The notes under the pieces are model-generated. The model was not told the origin of the DNA. It worked only from the letters and a program-made list of their open reading frames with translations, and did not search any database. The position numbers and the translations under genes are program-made. Below, one piece after another: positions 33,458 to 42,294 of a DNA stretch of 64,000 nt. The stretch is taken from the NCBI GenBank assembly GCA_016718875.1, contig JADKBL010000007.1:73680-137679 (forward strand). Reading direction: 5' to 3'. Within the stretch, counting starts at the first letter, position 1. The number at the start of each line of letters is the position of its first letter. This stretch comes from Bacteroidota bacterium (GTDB lineage Bacteria > Bacteroidota > Bacteroidia > Bacteroidales > VadinHA17).

Positions 33458-35692
33458 ATGACAAGCAGAAGAAATTTTATCAGGATTTCAGCGATCGGCG
33501 CAGGAGTGCTGGCAGCAGGTGCTGGTTCATACCAGATAATTAAAGCACTCTTCACCATGAAGAGGTGAAAAATTGCAAGTTGATCTTAAACGAACGCCAA
33601 CATATTGCGAGGTGTGTTTTGGAAATGTGCAGGCTGGGTTTATAAAACTTCCGAAGGCAAAATCTGGAAAATAGTCGGAAACGACGAAGATCAGAACTGT
33701 AAAGGCCGGTTCTGTCCAGAGGGGAACAGGTGGAATTGGAATGTATTATGATGATGAGAGGCTTAAGACTCCCTAATCAGGGTTGAGGAGAGAGGAAAAC
33801 AGGTATTCCGCGAGGTTACCTGGGACGAAGCTTACCTTTATTGCTGAAAAATCAAAGGCATAGCCAAAGAGTATGGTCCTGAAAGCATGGCTTTGTTTAC
33901 CCATGGTTCCGGTACCAGTTACTTTTCGAGATTTGTTAAAAGCTTTTGGGTCAACAAGTATTGCAGCTCCATCCTATGCCCAGTGCCGAGGTCCCCGTGA
34001 AGTAGCTTTTTATGCCACTTTCGGTGAAGGCCTTGATTCACCTGAGCCAACCGATATACGTGATACGAAGTGTCTGGTTCTGATTGGATCGCATATTGGT
34101 GAAAATATGCATAATGGTCAGGTACAGGAGATGTCGGATGCCATTGATAAAAATGCAATAATCATCACTGCTGATCCAAGGTTTTCAACCGCTGCTGGCA
34201 AATCTAAATACTGGTTACCAATTAAACCGGCAACAGATTTAGCCCTTTTTTTGCCCTGGATTCAGAGATCTTAATAAATGAAGAACTGTACGATAAGAAA
34301 TATGTTGAGAAATATACAAATGGTTTTAATGAACTAAGGGAGCCTGTAAGAAGCTACTCCTGAATGGGCTTATGGTATAACAACAATCAGTCCTGACATT
34401 ATCAGGAAAACAGCAAATGAAATGGCAAATGCTTCGCCTGCAGTTATTATTCATCCCGGACGGCACGTTACATGGTATGGTGATGACACACAACGACTCA
34501 GGGCAGTAGCGATATTAAATGCCCTACTCGGAAGCTGGGGAAGACGCGGTGGATTCTACAGATCAGAGAGATTTGAATTACCTTCTTATCCGCATCCGGA
34601 GTTTCCGGTGCCGAAGAGAACATGGAGAAGTGCCTTCCCCTGGGAAATATCGTCTTGCCGACCTTGCCCTTCAAACGGTATATATGATGCCACTGTCCCT
34701 GTAGCAACACGGGATTGCAACTTTAAAGGGTGGATAATTAACGGAACTAATCTTATTGAAACCCTGCCAAACCAGAAACAGACTATTGAAGCAATAAATA
34801 ATCTTGATCTCATAGTGGTTATTGACACCATGCCGATGGAAATCACGGGATGGGCAGATATTATCCTTCCGGAATGTACTTATCTTGAAAGATATGATGC
34901 AGTCAGACAGGTCCTCACCGCGAACCACAGATTGCTTTAAGAATGCCTGCTGCAGAACCTAAATATGATACCAAACCTGCTTACTGGATGGCACGGCAAC
35001 TGTCTCTGAAACTGGGTCTGGAAGCCTATTTTCCTCATGAGAACCTGGAAGATCTTCTCGACTGGCAGCTTAAGCAGATAGGATCATCACTTGACGAAAT
35101 GCAGAGAATTGGGGTTAAAACCTTCCCACGACAGGCTGATAATTTGTATTTTGCTGATAATGAAGAAGCGGAGTTTATGACAAATACAGGAAAAAAATTG
35201 AACTTTTATTCAACTTCTTTTTGCAAATGAGGGTTTTGATCCTGTCCCAAAATATACAGCCCATCCTGAGCCACCTGAAGGCTTTTATCGGCTTATTTAC
35301 GGGCGGGCTCCGATGCATACCTTCAAGGACTCCAAATAATCCAAACCTGTTTGACCTGATGGATGAAAACACCTTTGTGGGTAAACCCGAAGGTTGCCAA
35401 AGAATGGGGCTCTTAAAAATGAGCAGCCGTACATATTGTAAATCAGACGGTGTGAAAAGTCAGTTTTACTATAAAAGTCAGGATTACCGAAAGGATAAGG
35501 CGGGATTCTGTTGATATGGTTCATGGGGTCGGACATGCTGATAAGAAGCTTAGCCGGACCTATGGAAGAGGCGCACGTGATACAAAGATGATAACCAATG
35601 TTATGGTTGATCCTATTATGGGAGGGACAGGAATGCGCGGCAACTTTGTAACATTTATAACAAGTCTTGAAGACACGGAGGTGGTATCATGA
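33458..35692 (+). pseudogene. Tat-exported molybdopterin oxidoreductase catalytic subunit (polysulfide/thiosulfate/tetrathionate reductase-like), about 19 frame breaks
   Basis: Tat signal MTSRRNFIRISAIGAGV. Hand-stitched fragments give an N-terminal FeS Cys cluster (YCEVCFWKCAG..CKGRFC..RG), ..SYAQCRGPREV.., ..ADIILPECTYLERYD.. and a C-terminal ..VDPIMGGTGMRGNFV... The stop overlaps the next ATG (ATGA). Confidence 0.8.
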
Positions 35693-36222
35693 GATATGCT
35701 ATGGCCGTAGATACCAGGAAATGTGTTGGATGCAGCGATTGTGTCGTTGCCTGCCAGACAGAAAACAATGTGCCAATTGGCTTTTGCCGCGACTGGGTTG
35801 TTGAAGTAACAGATGGCACCTATCCGCAGCTTGAAATGGAGATACGTTCTGAGAGATGCAATCATTGTGTAAATGCCCCATGTGTCAGGTGCTGCCCTAC
35901 AGGAGCAAGCCATTTCGATGCCGGCGGAATAGTAATGGTTACTCATAATGATTGTATCGGTTGCGGAGCATGTATTGCCTCATGCCCTTATGATGCACGT
36001 TATCCTCATCCTTCAGGGTATGTTGATAAATGTACTTTCTGCATACACAGGTTAAAAAACGGGATGGCACCTGCGTGTGTTGATGTATGTCCTACAAAAT
36101 GCCTCTACTTCGGCGACCTTGATGATCCGAACAGCGAAGTATCAGTGGTTCTCCGTATGAGGAAGTCAAAGACTCTTATTCCTGAAGCAGGGACAGAGCC
36201 TCAGCTTTATTTTCTGATTTAA
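35689..36222 (+). CDS. 4Fe-4S ferredoxin-type subunit (PsrB/NrfC-like)
   Basis: Four Cys clusters (CVGCSDCVVAC, CNHCVNAPC, CIGCGACIASCP, CTFC...C..CP) in 177 aa. Confidence 0.85.
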   Translation: MRYAMAVDTRKCVGCSDCVVACQTENNVPIGFCRDWVVEVTDGTYPQLEMEIRSERCNHCVNAPCVRCCPTGASHFDAGGIVMVTHNDCIGCGACIASCPYDARYPHPSGYVDKCTFCIHRLKNGMAPACVDVCPTKCLYFGDLDDPNSEVSVVLRMRKSKTLIPEAGTEPQLYFLI

Positions 36223-36243
36223 GATGTTTAAAGAATAGAGTAT

Positions 36244-37184
36244 ATGAACGAAGAAATTATTGTCAGCGGCAGGCTCAACCTCATGGTTGATCCTCATCTT
36301 CACATATGGCACTGGCAGATATCCCTTTATCTTTCCCGGGAGGAATGGCTGCAGGAATTCTCGCTATAGCTGCGCTTTATTATATCAGGGGCAGGGAGAA
36401 CGATTATAAAACTGCTGTAAGGATTACTCCATTTCTTACTCCATTTTTGCTTATACTCGGACTATTTGCACTGTTCATTGATCTGAGGCATAAGCTTTTC
36501 TTCTGGCAGCTTTATACAAATATTAAACTGCAGTCTCCAATGTCATGGGGAGCATGGACATTATTGGTAATTACTCCTGTCTCATTTATCTGGTGTGCAC
36601 TGCATATAAAGGATATATTTCCGAAATGGGACTGGAAATTTAAATGGCTATATGTTCTGGAGGCGTTTTTCAATAAATATAAAAAGACATTCGCATGGGT
36701 AATGCTTATTTATGCAATAATACTTGGTATTTATACAGGTATACTACTTTCAGCTTTTAATGCCCGGCCATTATGGAATACATCAATTCTGGGTCCGCTC
36801 TTTCTTGCATCAGGACTTTCGGCAGGAGCCGCTGCAACTTTGCTTCTTTCCAAAGATGCAAAGGAACGTAAGCAGTTTGCACGTATCGACCTTGTTATGC
36901 TTGGGATTGAGCTGTTCCTTATTATTCACATGTTCATGGGTTTCATGGCGAGCACCCAGGTTCAGATAGAAGCAGCGAGGTTGTTTCTTGGTGGTCAGTA
37001 TACAATGTCCTTCTGGATTTTTGTTGTAATCATCGGTATGATAATTCCTGCAATACTTGAGATAATGGAGCTTGGAAGATACCATATACCTGTCCTTATC
37101 CCTGCAGTTCTTGTGCTCTTTGGAAGCCTGATGCTCAGGTTTATAATTGTATACGCCGGTCAGGTTAGCAGGTGGCTGTATTAG
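36244..37184 (+). pseudogene. NrfD/PsrC-type polytopic membrane quinol-interacting subunit, one frame break
   Basis: ATG at 36244. Adding one T to 'cttt' at ~36330 gives ..HIWHWQISLYLFPGGMAAGIL.., joining track ORF 36306..37184, which has 8 predicted TM segments. Confidence 0.8.
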
Positions 37185-37189
37185 GTTCC

Positions 37190-37254
37190 AGGTTTCATGT
37201 TTAAGGTTTCATGTTCCGAAACCCGCAACCCGCAACCTGCAACAAGTAACAATA
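37190..37254 (+). repeat. Tandem repeats: 2 x aggtttcatgtt, then 5 decaying heptamers (aacccgc)
   Basis: aggtttcatgtt at 37190 and 37204. Heptamers aacccgc, aacccgc, aacctgc, aacaagt, aacaata at 37220..37254. Confidence 0.8.
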
Positions 37255-37285
37255 GCAGCAGATTTAAAATATATATATTGAAAAT

Positions 37286-37819
37286 ATGACAAAATCAAAA
37301 GAAAGAAAAGTAAGACCTTACATCAATCCGTATGTGGGGGGAGTATTGCTTGGCCTTGTATTGCTGGCTGCAAATTTTGTTTCAGGCAGGGGGCTGGGAG
37401 CAAGCGGTGCAATTAAGAGTACTGTTGTAACAGCTGTAACTGCTGTTGCCCCTTCGGCAAGTGAAAACACAGCTTTTGTAAAAGAATTCAGGGAGTCACA
37501 TGAAGGTAATCCAATGAAGACATGGCTTGTATTTGAGATGATGGGAGTTCTTGTCGGCGGATTTCTTTCGGGTGCCATTGCTGGCCGTCTTAAATTTAAA
37601 GTTGAACATTCGCCGAAGATCACATCACGAAGACGATTGATTTTTGCACTGGCAGGAGGTATCCTTTTTGGGTTTGGCTCTCAGTTAGGCAGGGGTTGCA
37701 CCAGCGGATCAGCCCTGAGTGGAATGGCAGTTCTCTCATTAGGAGGATTCATTACAATGATGGCAATCTTCGGAACTGCATTTGCAATGGCGTATCTCTT
37801 CAGAAAAAACTGGATATAA
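37286..37819 (+). CDS. YeeE/YedE family sulfur-compound transporter, half-size subunit 1
   Basis: 177 aa, 4 TM segments, conserved GRGCTSGSALSG motif. Confidence 0.8.
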   Translation: MTKSKERKVRPYINPYVGGVLLGLVLLAANFVSGRGLGASGAIKSTVVTAVTAVAPSASENTAFVKEFRESHEGNPMKTWLVFEMMGVLVGGFLSGAIAGRLKFKVEHSPKITSRRRLIFALAGGILFGFGSQLGRGCTSGSALSGMAVLSLGGFITMMAIFGTAFAMAYLFRKNWI

Positions 37820-37821
37820 TA

Positions 37822-37849
37822 AAGGCGTAAGGCGTAAGGCTTAAGGCGT
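37822..37849 (+). repeat. Heptanucleotide tandem repeat (aaggcgt x4)
   Basis: aaggcgt, aaggcgt, aaggctt, aaggcgt, starting 3 nt after the stop codon. Confidence 0.85.
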
Positions 37850-37921
37850 CGGGGAACCAGCACCCAGTACCTGAGACAAATAGTACCAGAACGAACAAAT
37901 AAACTTAAACAAACTTAAAAT

Positions 37922-38512
37922 ATGGGACCACTTGCAATTAACGAGATAATATCAGAAAACACAAACCTTTTCCTTGCATTCATAATTGGAATTGGATTTG
38001 GTTTTGTTCTTGAACAAAGCGGGTTTTCTTCGAGCCGAAAGCTTGCCGGTGTGTTTTACGGTTATGACACAGTTGTACTTAAAGTATTCTTTACAGCTGC
38101 CATAACAGCAATGCTCGGACTTCTCTTCTTCAGCCTTTTTGGATGGATTGACCTGAACCTTGTATATGTGAATCCAACCTATCTTACCTCTGCAATTGTA
38201 GGAGGAATTATAATGGGTGCCGGATTTATTATGGGAGGTTATTGTCCGGGGACAAGTTTTTGTGGAGCATCTATAGGAAAAATTGATGCACTGGTATTTA
38301 TCGGTGGACTTTTCATAGGTGTTTTTATCTTTGGAATTGGTTATGATCTATGGGATGGAATGTACCTGGCAAATTTTCTCGGCGCTCCCAAGGTTAGTGA
38401 AAGCCTGGGATTGACTGACGGGATTTTTGCATTTCTGCTTATCATTATTGCACTCGCAATGTTTTGGGTTGCAGAATGGGCAGAAAAGAAATTTCCGAGA
38501 GAAGAATATTAA
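37922..38512 (+). CDS. YeeE/YedE family sulfur-compound transporter, half-size subunit 2
   Basis: 196 aa, 5 TM segments, GGYCPGTSFCGA motif. Confidence 0.8.
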   Translation: MGPLAINEIISENTNLFLAFIIGIGFGFVLEQSGFSSSRKLAGVFYGYDTVVLKVFFTAAITAMLGLLFFSLFGWIDLNLVYVNPTYLTSAIVGGIIMGAGFIMGGYCPGTSFCGASIGKIDALVFIGGLFIGVFIFGIGYDLWDGMYLANFLGAPKVSESLGLTDGIFAFLLIIIALAMFWVAEWAEKKFPREEY

Positions 38513-38561
38513 AATTTAAAAAATTGAAATTGATTATCTTTATCAAATAAATTCAGCAATT

Positions 38562-39185
38562 ATGAAACCACGTACATTACTAGCTCTGTTTATCATTCCA
38601 ATGGGATTGATTATTGCTGCTGTTCCGCAGAATAAAACTAAACCTTATAAATTAACTGCGGATGAACTTCTTGCTGAAGTAAATACACGCACTCAGTATC
38701 TTACTCCCGACGCTGTTGCTGATATGATTCTTAAAAAGGATCCTTCATTACAGCTGATTGATGTCAGAAGTCAGGATGAGTTTGAAAAATTCAGTCTCCC
38801 CGGTGCTATAAATATTCCGGCTACCGACCTCTTGTCAGAACAGTACTCAGATATTCTTAATCAGGATGTTAAAATGAACGTATTTTATTCAAATGGCTCA
38901 CTTGTAGCAAATGAAGCCTGGATGGTGACCCGACAACTTGGTTATCATAATAATTATGTTCTGGAGGGCGGCCTTAATTATTGGTTTGATGCATTCATGA
39001 ATACTCAAAAACCTGCTTCCACCAGTTCTGATGAAGAGTTTGCAAAATATGATTTCCGTAAAAGTGCAGGTCTTGCACTTGGAGGTGGCGGTGTTGTAAC
39101 TGCTACCCAGGAACAGACATCAGCTTCAGCAAAACCGGCATTAAAACCTGCCGGTAAGAAGAAAAAGGCTGCCGGAGGTTGTTGA
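38562..39185 (+). CDS. Membrane-anchored rhodanese-homology-domain protein lacking the catalytic Cys, with a low-complexity tail ending in GGC
   Basis: N-terminal hydrophobic helix. Rhodanese pattern LIDVRSQDEFEKFSLPGAINIP...VFYSNGSLVANEA...LEGGLNYW, with Ser where the active-site Cys is expected. The C-terminal 60 aa are Gly/Ala/Lys/Ser-rich and end ..GKKKKAAGGC. Confidence 0.7.
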   Translation: MKPRTLLALFIIPMGLIIAAVPQNKTKPYKLTADELLAEVNTRTQYLTPDAVADMILKKDPSLQLIDVRSQDEFEKFSLPGAINIPATDLLSEQYSDILNQDVKMNVFYSNGSLVANEAWMVTRQLGYHNNYVLEGGLNYWFDAFMNTQKPASTSSDEEFAKYDFRKSAGLALGGGGVVTATQEQTSASAKPALKPAGKKKKAAGGC

Positions 39186-39222
39186 TATCAGGTTTTCTGT
39201 CTTCCGGATCGCGAAACCTCAC

Positions 39223-39270
39223 AGGACGCAAAGTTGATGCAAATGATGCTCTTCTTTGCGTCCTTTGTTA
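39223..39270 (+). terminator. Rho-independent terminator
   Basis: aggacgcaaag ... ctttgcgtcct: 11-bp stem followed by ttgtta. Confidence 0.5.
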
Positions 39271-39373
39271 TTATATGATTATTATAAGTTAGTCTCTGTT
39301 TAATCAGTAAAAATTCTTCACTCTGTAACTCTGTAACAGTAAATTGATTATTTTCATCTCAAATTTGTAAGTG

Positions 39374-41353
39374 ATGAAAAGAATCTTTTTACTTTCTGTG
39401 TTCTGCATCTTTATCGTACAAACTGGTCTTCCCCAGATTGTAAATAAAGAGCCGCTGAGCGCAAGGCAGACCTATTATAAGATCGATGCCAGACTGGATC
39501 CTGAAACGAAAATTGTTTCTGGTTCAATGGAAGCATACTGGGTGAATAAATCAACGGACATCGTTCCTGATATACAACTTCACCTTTATATGAATGCTTT
39601 TAAAAATAATAAGTCAACATTCAATCAGGATGCAGGTATGAACCTTACCGACAAAAAGATTGAATTTGGCTGGATCGATCTTAAAAGTCTTAAAGACAGA
39701 AAGGGTAATGATCTTCTTGGCCGGATGAGCTATATCAGTCCTGATGATAATAATGCGGATGATCAGACAGTTATAAGAATTCTTACTGAGAGTCCTACAA
39801 AACCAGGCGATACAGTTTTTATCAAGGTGGACTTTGAGACCAAGCTTCCAAAGGGATCATTCAGAACAGGTTATGCAGATGACTATTATTTTGTTGGCCA
39901 ATGGTTCCCTAAATTCGGGGTCTATGAACCGGCAGGTATGCGCTATGCAACTGCGGGTGGCTGGAACTGCCATCAGTTTCACAGGAATTCAGAGTTTTAC
40001 TCCAATCACAGTGTTTATGATGTCAATATAACAGTGCCCGAAGATTATGTAACAGGATCGGGCGGGATGCTCCTCAATGAGGTTAAGGCTTCTGATGGAA
40101 AGAGCAAGACTCTTACATACAGGGCCGAGGATATTGTTGATTTTGCCTGGACCGCATGGCCCGGATATGCCGTGTTCAATGATGAGTGGAATCATGTTAA
40201 AATAACTCTGTTAATACCTCATATCAGGAAAGACCAGGTTGATAGACAATTCCATGCAGTTAAGAGTGCACTTGAATATTTAACTAAAAATGTAGGGCCT
40301 TTCCCCTGGCCTCATCTTACTTTTATAGATCCTCCTACCAAAGGTTCTTTTGCTGGAGGAATGGAGTATACAACACTGTTTACATCCACCTCTTCTGATA
40401 GAATGTTTGATTTTTTACATTTACCTGAAATGGTGACTGTACATGAATTCGGACATGCCTATTTTATGGGTATCCTTGCAAGCAATGAGTTTGAGGAACC
40501 ATGGCTCGATGAAGGTGTTAACTCTTTTTGGGAAGCCAGGATAATGGACCAGTACTGGGGCGAGAATTCCGGACTTATCAATCATCCTCTTTTTAAAATA
40601 GCAGATAAATCATATTCAAGGACATCATACGTTGGCTCTCCTGACCGACAGGTTACAACTAATAAAGAGTATTCCTGGAACTATCCTCATGGAACCTACG
40701 CCATGATGTCGTACACTAAGGCAGCTACAGTACTTTATACCCTGATGGGAATTATAGGGGAGGAGACCACAAATGAGGTGTTCAGGGAATATTACAAAAA
40801 ATGGGCCTTCAAACATCCTTCCGGAAGAGACTTTATTAATGTTGTCAATGAGGTTGTTACAAGAGTGCATGGAAATAAGTTTGGTCCTGATATGAACTGG
40901 TTTTTCGATCAGACACTTTATGGAACTGGTTTGGTAGACTATAAGGTACGCGGTTTCAATAATACAAAATTGCGTGATTTCAAAGGAATAGTATCAGAAG
41001 CAGATTCTAATCGTTTTGTAACAAATGTTATAAAAGATGATACAATTTTTAAGTCAACAGCACAGCTCTATCGTCCGGGTGATGTTATTCTTCCCGTTGA
41101 TGTTATGGTTCATTTCAGCAATGGTGACACAATTCAGGAGATCTGGGATGGTAAGGAGCGCTTTAAAGATTTTGTTTATACAGGAGTAAGTGAGATCGAC
41201 TGGGTGAAGATCGACCCCGAATATAAACTGAGGATGGATATAAACTTCACAAATAACTCCAAAACCAATGATGCTGACATGGTCCCCATAAGGCGTTATA
41301 TGGATAAGTTCATCATTTTTATGCAATATTTTCTGAATCTCATGTCATTGTAA
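39374..41353 (+). CDS. M1 family zinc metallopeptidase (secreted)
   Basis: Signal peptide. HEFGH-x18-E (VHEFGHAYF....WLDEG). About 660 aa. Confidence 0.85.
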   Translation: MKRIFLLSVFCIFIVQTGLPQIVNKEPLSARQTYYKIDARLDPETKIVSGSMEAYWVNKSTDIVPDIQLHLYMNAFKNNKSTFNQDAGMNLTDKKIEFGWIDLKSLKDRKGNDLLGRMSYISPDDNNADDQTVIRILTESPTKPGDTVFIKVDFETKLPKGSFRTGYADDYYFVGQWFPKFGVYEPAGMRYATAGGWNCHQFHRNSEFYSNHSVYDVNITVPEDYVTGSGGMLLNEVKASDGKSKTLTYRAEDIVDFAWTAWPGYAVFNDEWNHVKITLLIPHIRKDQVDRQFHAVKSALEYLTKNVGPFPWPHLTFIDPPTKGSFAGGMEYTTLFTSTSSDRMFDFLHLPEMVTVHEFGHAYFMGILASNEFEEPWLDEGVNSFWEARIMDQYWGENSGLINHPLFKIADKSYSRTSYVGSPDRQVTTNKEYSWNYPHGTYAMMSYTKAATVLYTLMGIIGEETTNEVFREYYKKWAFKHPSGRDFINVVNEVVTRVHGNKFGPDMNWFFDQTLYGTGLVDYKVRGFNNTKLRDFKGIVSEADSNRFVTNVIKDDTIFKSTAQLYRPGDVILPVDVMVHFSNGDTIQEIWDGKERFKDFVYTGVSEIDWVKIDPEYKLRMDINFTNNSKTNDADMVPIRRYMDKFIIFMQYFLNLMSL

Positions 41354-41364
41354 ATGTAATTATT

Positions 41365-42294
41365 ATGAAGATATTAACTCACTTAAGGTCAGGTGCTCTC
41401 CGTTCGTTCAAAGCATGGAAAGGTGTTCTGGTAGTATGGGTGTTGATCCTTTTCCTGATCAGCCTTCTTGCCCTTCCTGTTAAATCAGGTTTTAAAAGTA
41501 TGATAGGTTCCAGTATGGTGTCGGAGCTTCTTACAGATACTGTTAATATTGATGTAATTACGGACCTGGGAACAGGAATGGGTGTAATTATGCCCGTAAT
41601 GACGATAGGATTATTGCTTGTTTTGTTCTTCGGATTTCTTATGAATGTATTTGTTACAGGAGGCTTATTCTCCATTCTGGGAAGTAACAATGATTCAAAA
41701 CCTTCGAGCCGTTTTTTTGCTGGAGCAACTTCAAATTTCTGGTCTTTTCTGATCATCATCCTTACTACGCTTGCAATGCTAATGGTCACAGCTTCAGTAA
41801 TAGGAGGGATCCCGATTATGATAGTCAGAGGTGGTGACGCAGGTACAGCAGAACCCGGGGTTGTCGGAAAAACTGTTAAGATTGTTCTGATAATCCTTGC
41901 ACTTATGCTTCCTCTGTTTCTTCTGGTCGCTGATTATGCAAGGGCATGGCAGGTTGTTCATGAAGAAAAGAAACCATTCAAAGCTATCGGTTTTGGATTC
42001 AGCAGGACTTTTAGAACTTTATCTGTTTCATACCCTCTGATGCTTATCCTTGTAGCCTTTCAGACCGGATTCGGAGCACTGGCAGCATCAAAGCTTCTAA
42101 GTGCAAAACCTGACACCGGAAAGGCAGTATTTATGTTCTTTCTTGCATCACAGATTCTCTTTATCATTAAAATTCTTCTGAGAGCCTGGCGATACGGAAG
42201 TGTGACATCAGCTATGGAAGAAGTCTCTGATGTTATAGAGGTTTCTCCGGATCAATCGGTACGGGACGCTGAGCTTCTTCAGGGTCAGGTTTGA
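41365..42294 (+). CDS. Polytopic membrane protein, unknown function
   Basis: 309 aa, about 6 hydrophobic segments, 12 nt after the peptidase stop. Its 3' end overlaps the convergent gene by 62 nt. Confidence 0.5.
   Translation: MKILTHLRSGALRSFKAWKGVLVVWVLILFLISLLALPVKSGFKSMIGSSMVSELLTDTVNIDVITDLGTGMGVIMPVMTIGLLLVLFFGFLMNVFVTGGLFSILGSNNDSKPSSRFFAGATSNFWSFLIIILTTLAMLMVTASVIGGIPIMIVRGGDAGTAEPGVVGKTVKIVLIILALMLPLFLLVADYARAWQVVHEEKKPFKAIGFGFSRTFRTLSVSYPLMLILVAFQTGFGALAASKLLSAKPDTGKAVFMFFLASQILFIIKILLRAWRYGSVTSAMEEVSDVIEVSPDQSVRDAELLQGQV

Noticed and set aside
33845-33847. In-frame TGA in the Mo-oxidoreductase as a selenocysteine codon or a sign of an alternative genetic code.
   Set aside because: It is not at the Mo-ligand position (the ..SYAQCRGP.. 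Cys is elsewhere). No downstream hairpin resembling a SECIS element was seen. The local text is explained by two compensating small deletions. Long neighbouring genes translate cleanly with TGA as stop.
35560-35946. 128-aa minus-strand ORF.
   Set aside because: It is antisense to the psrA-like 3' end and the 4Fe-4S subunit gene, which have clear motif support.
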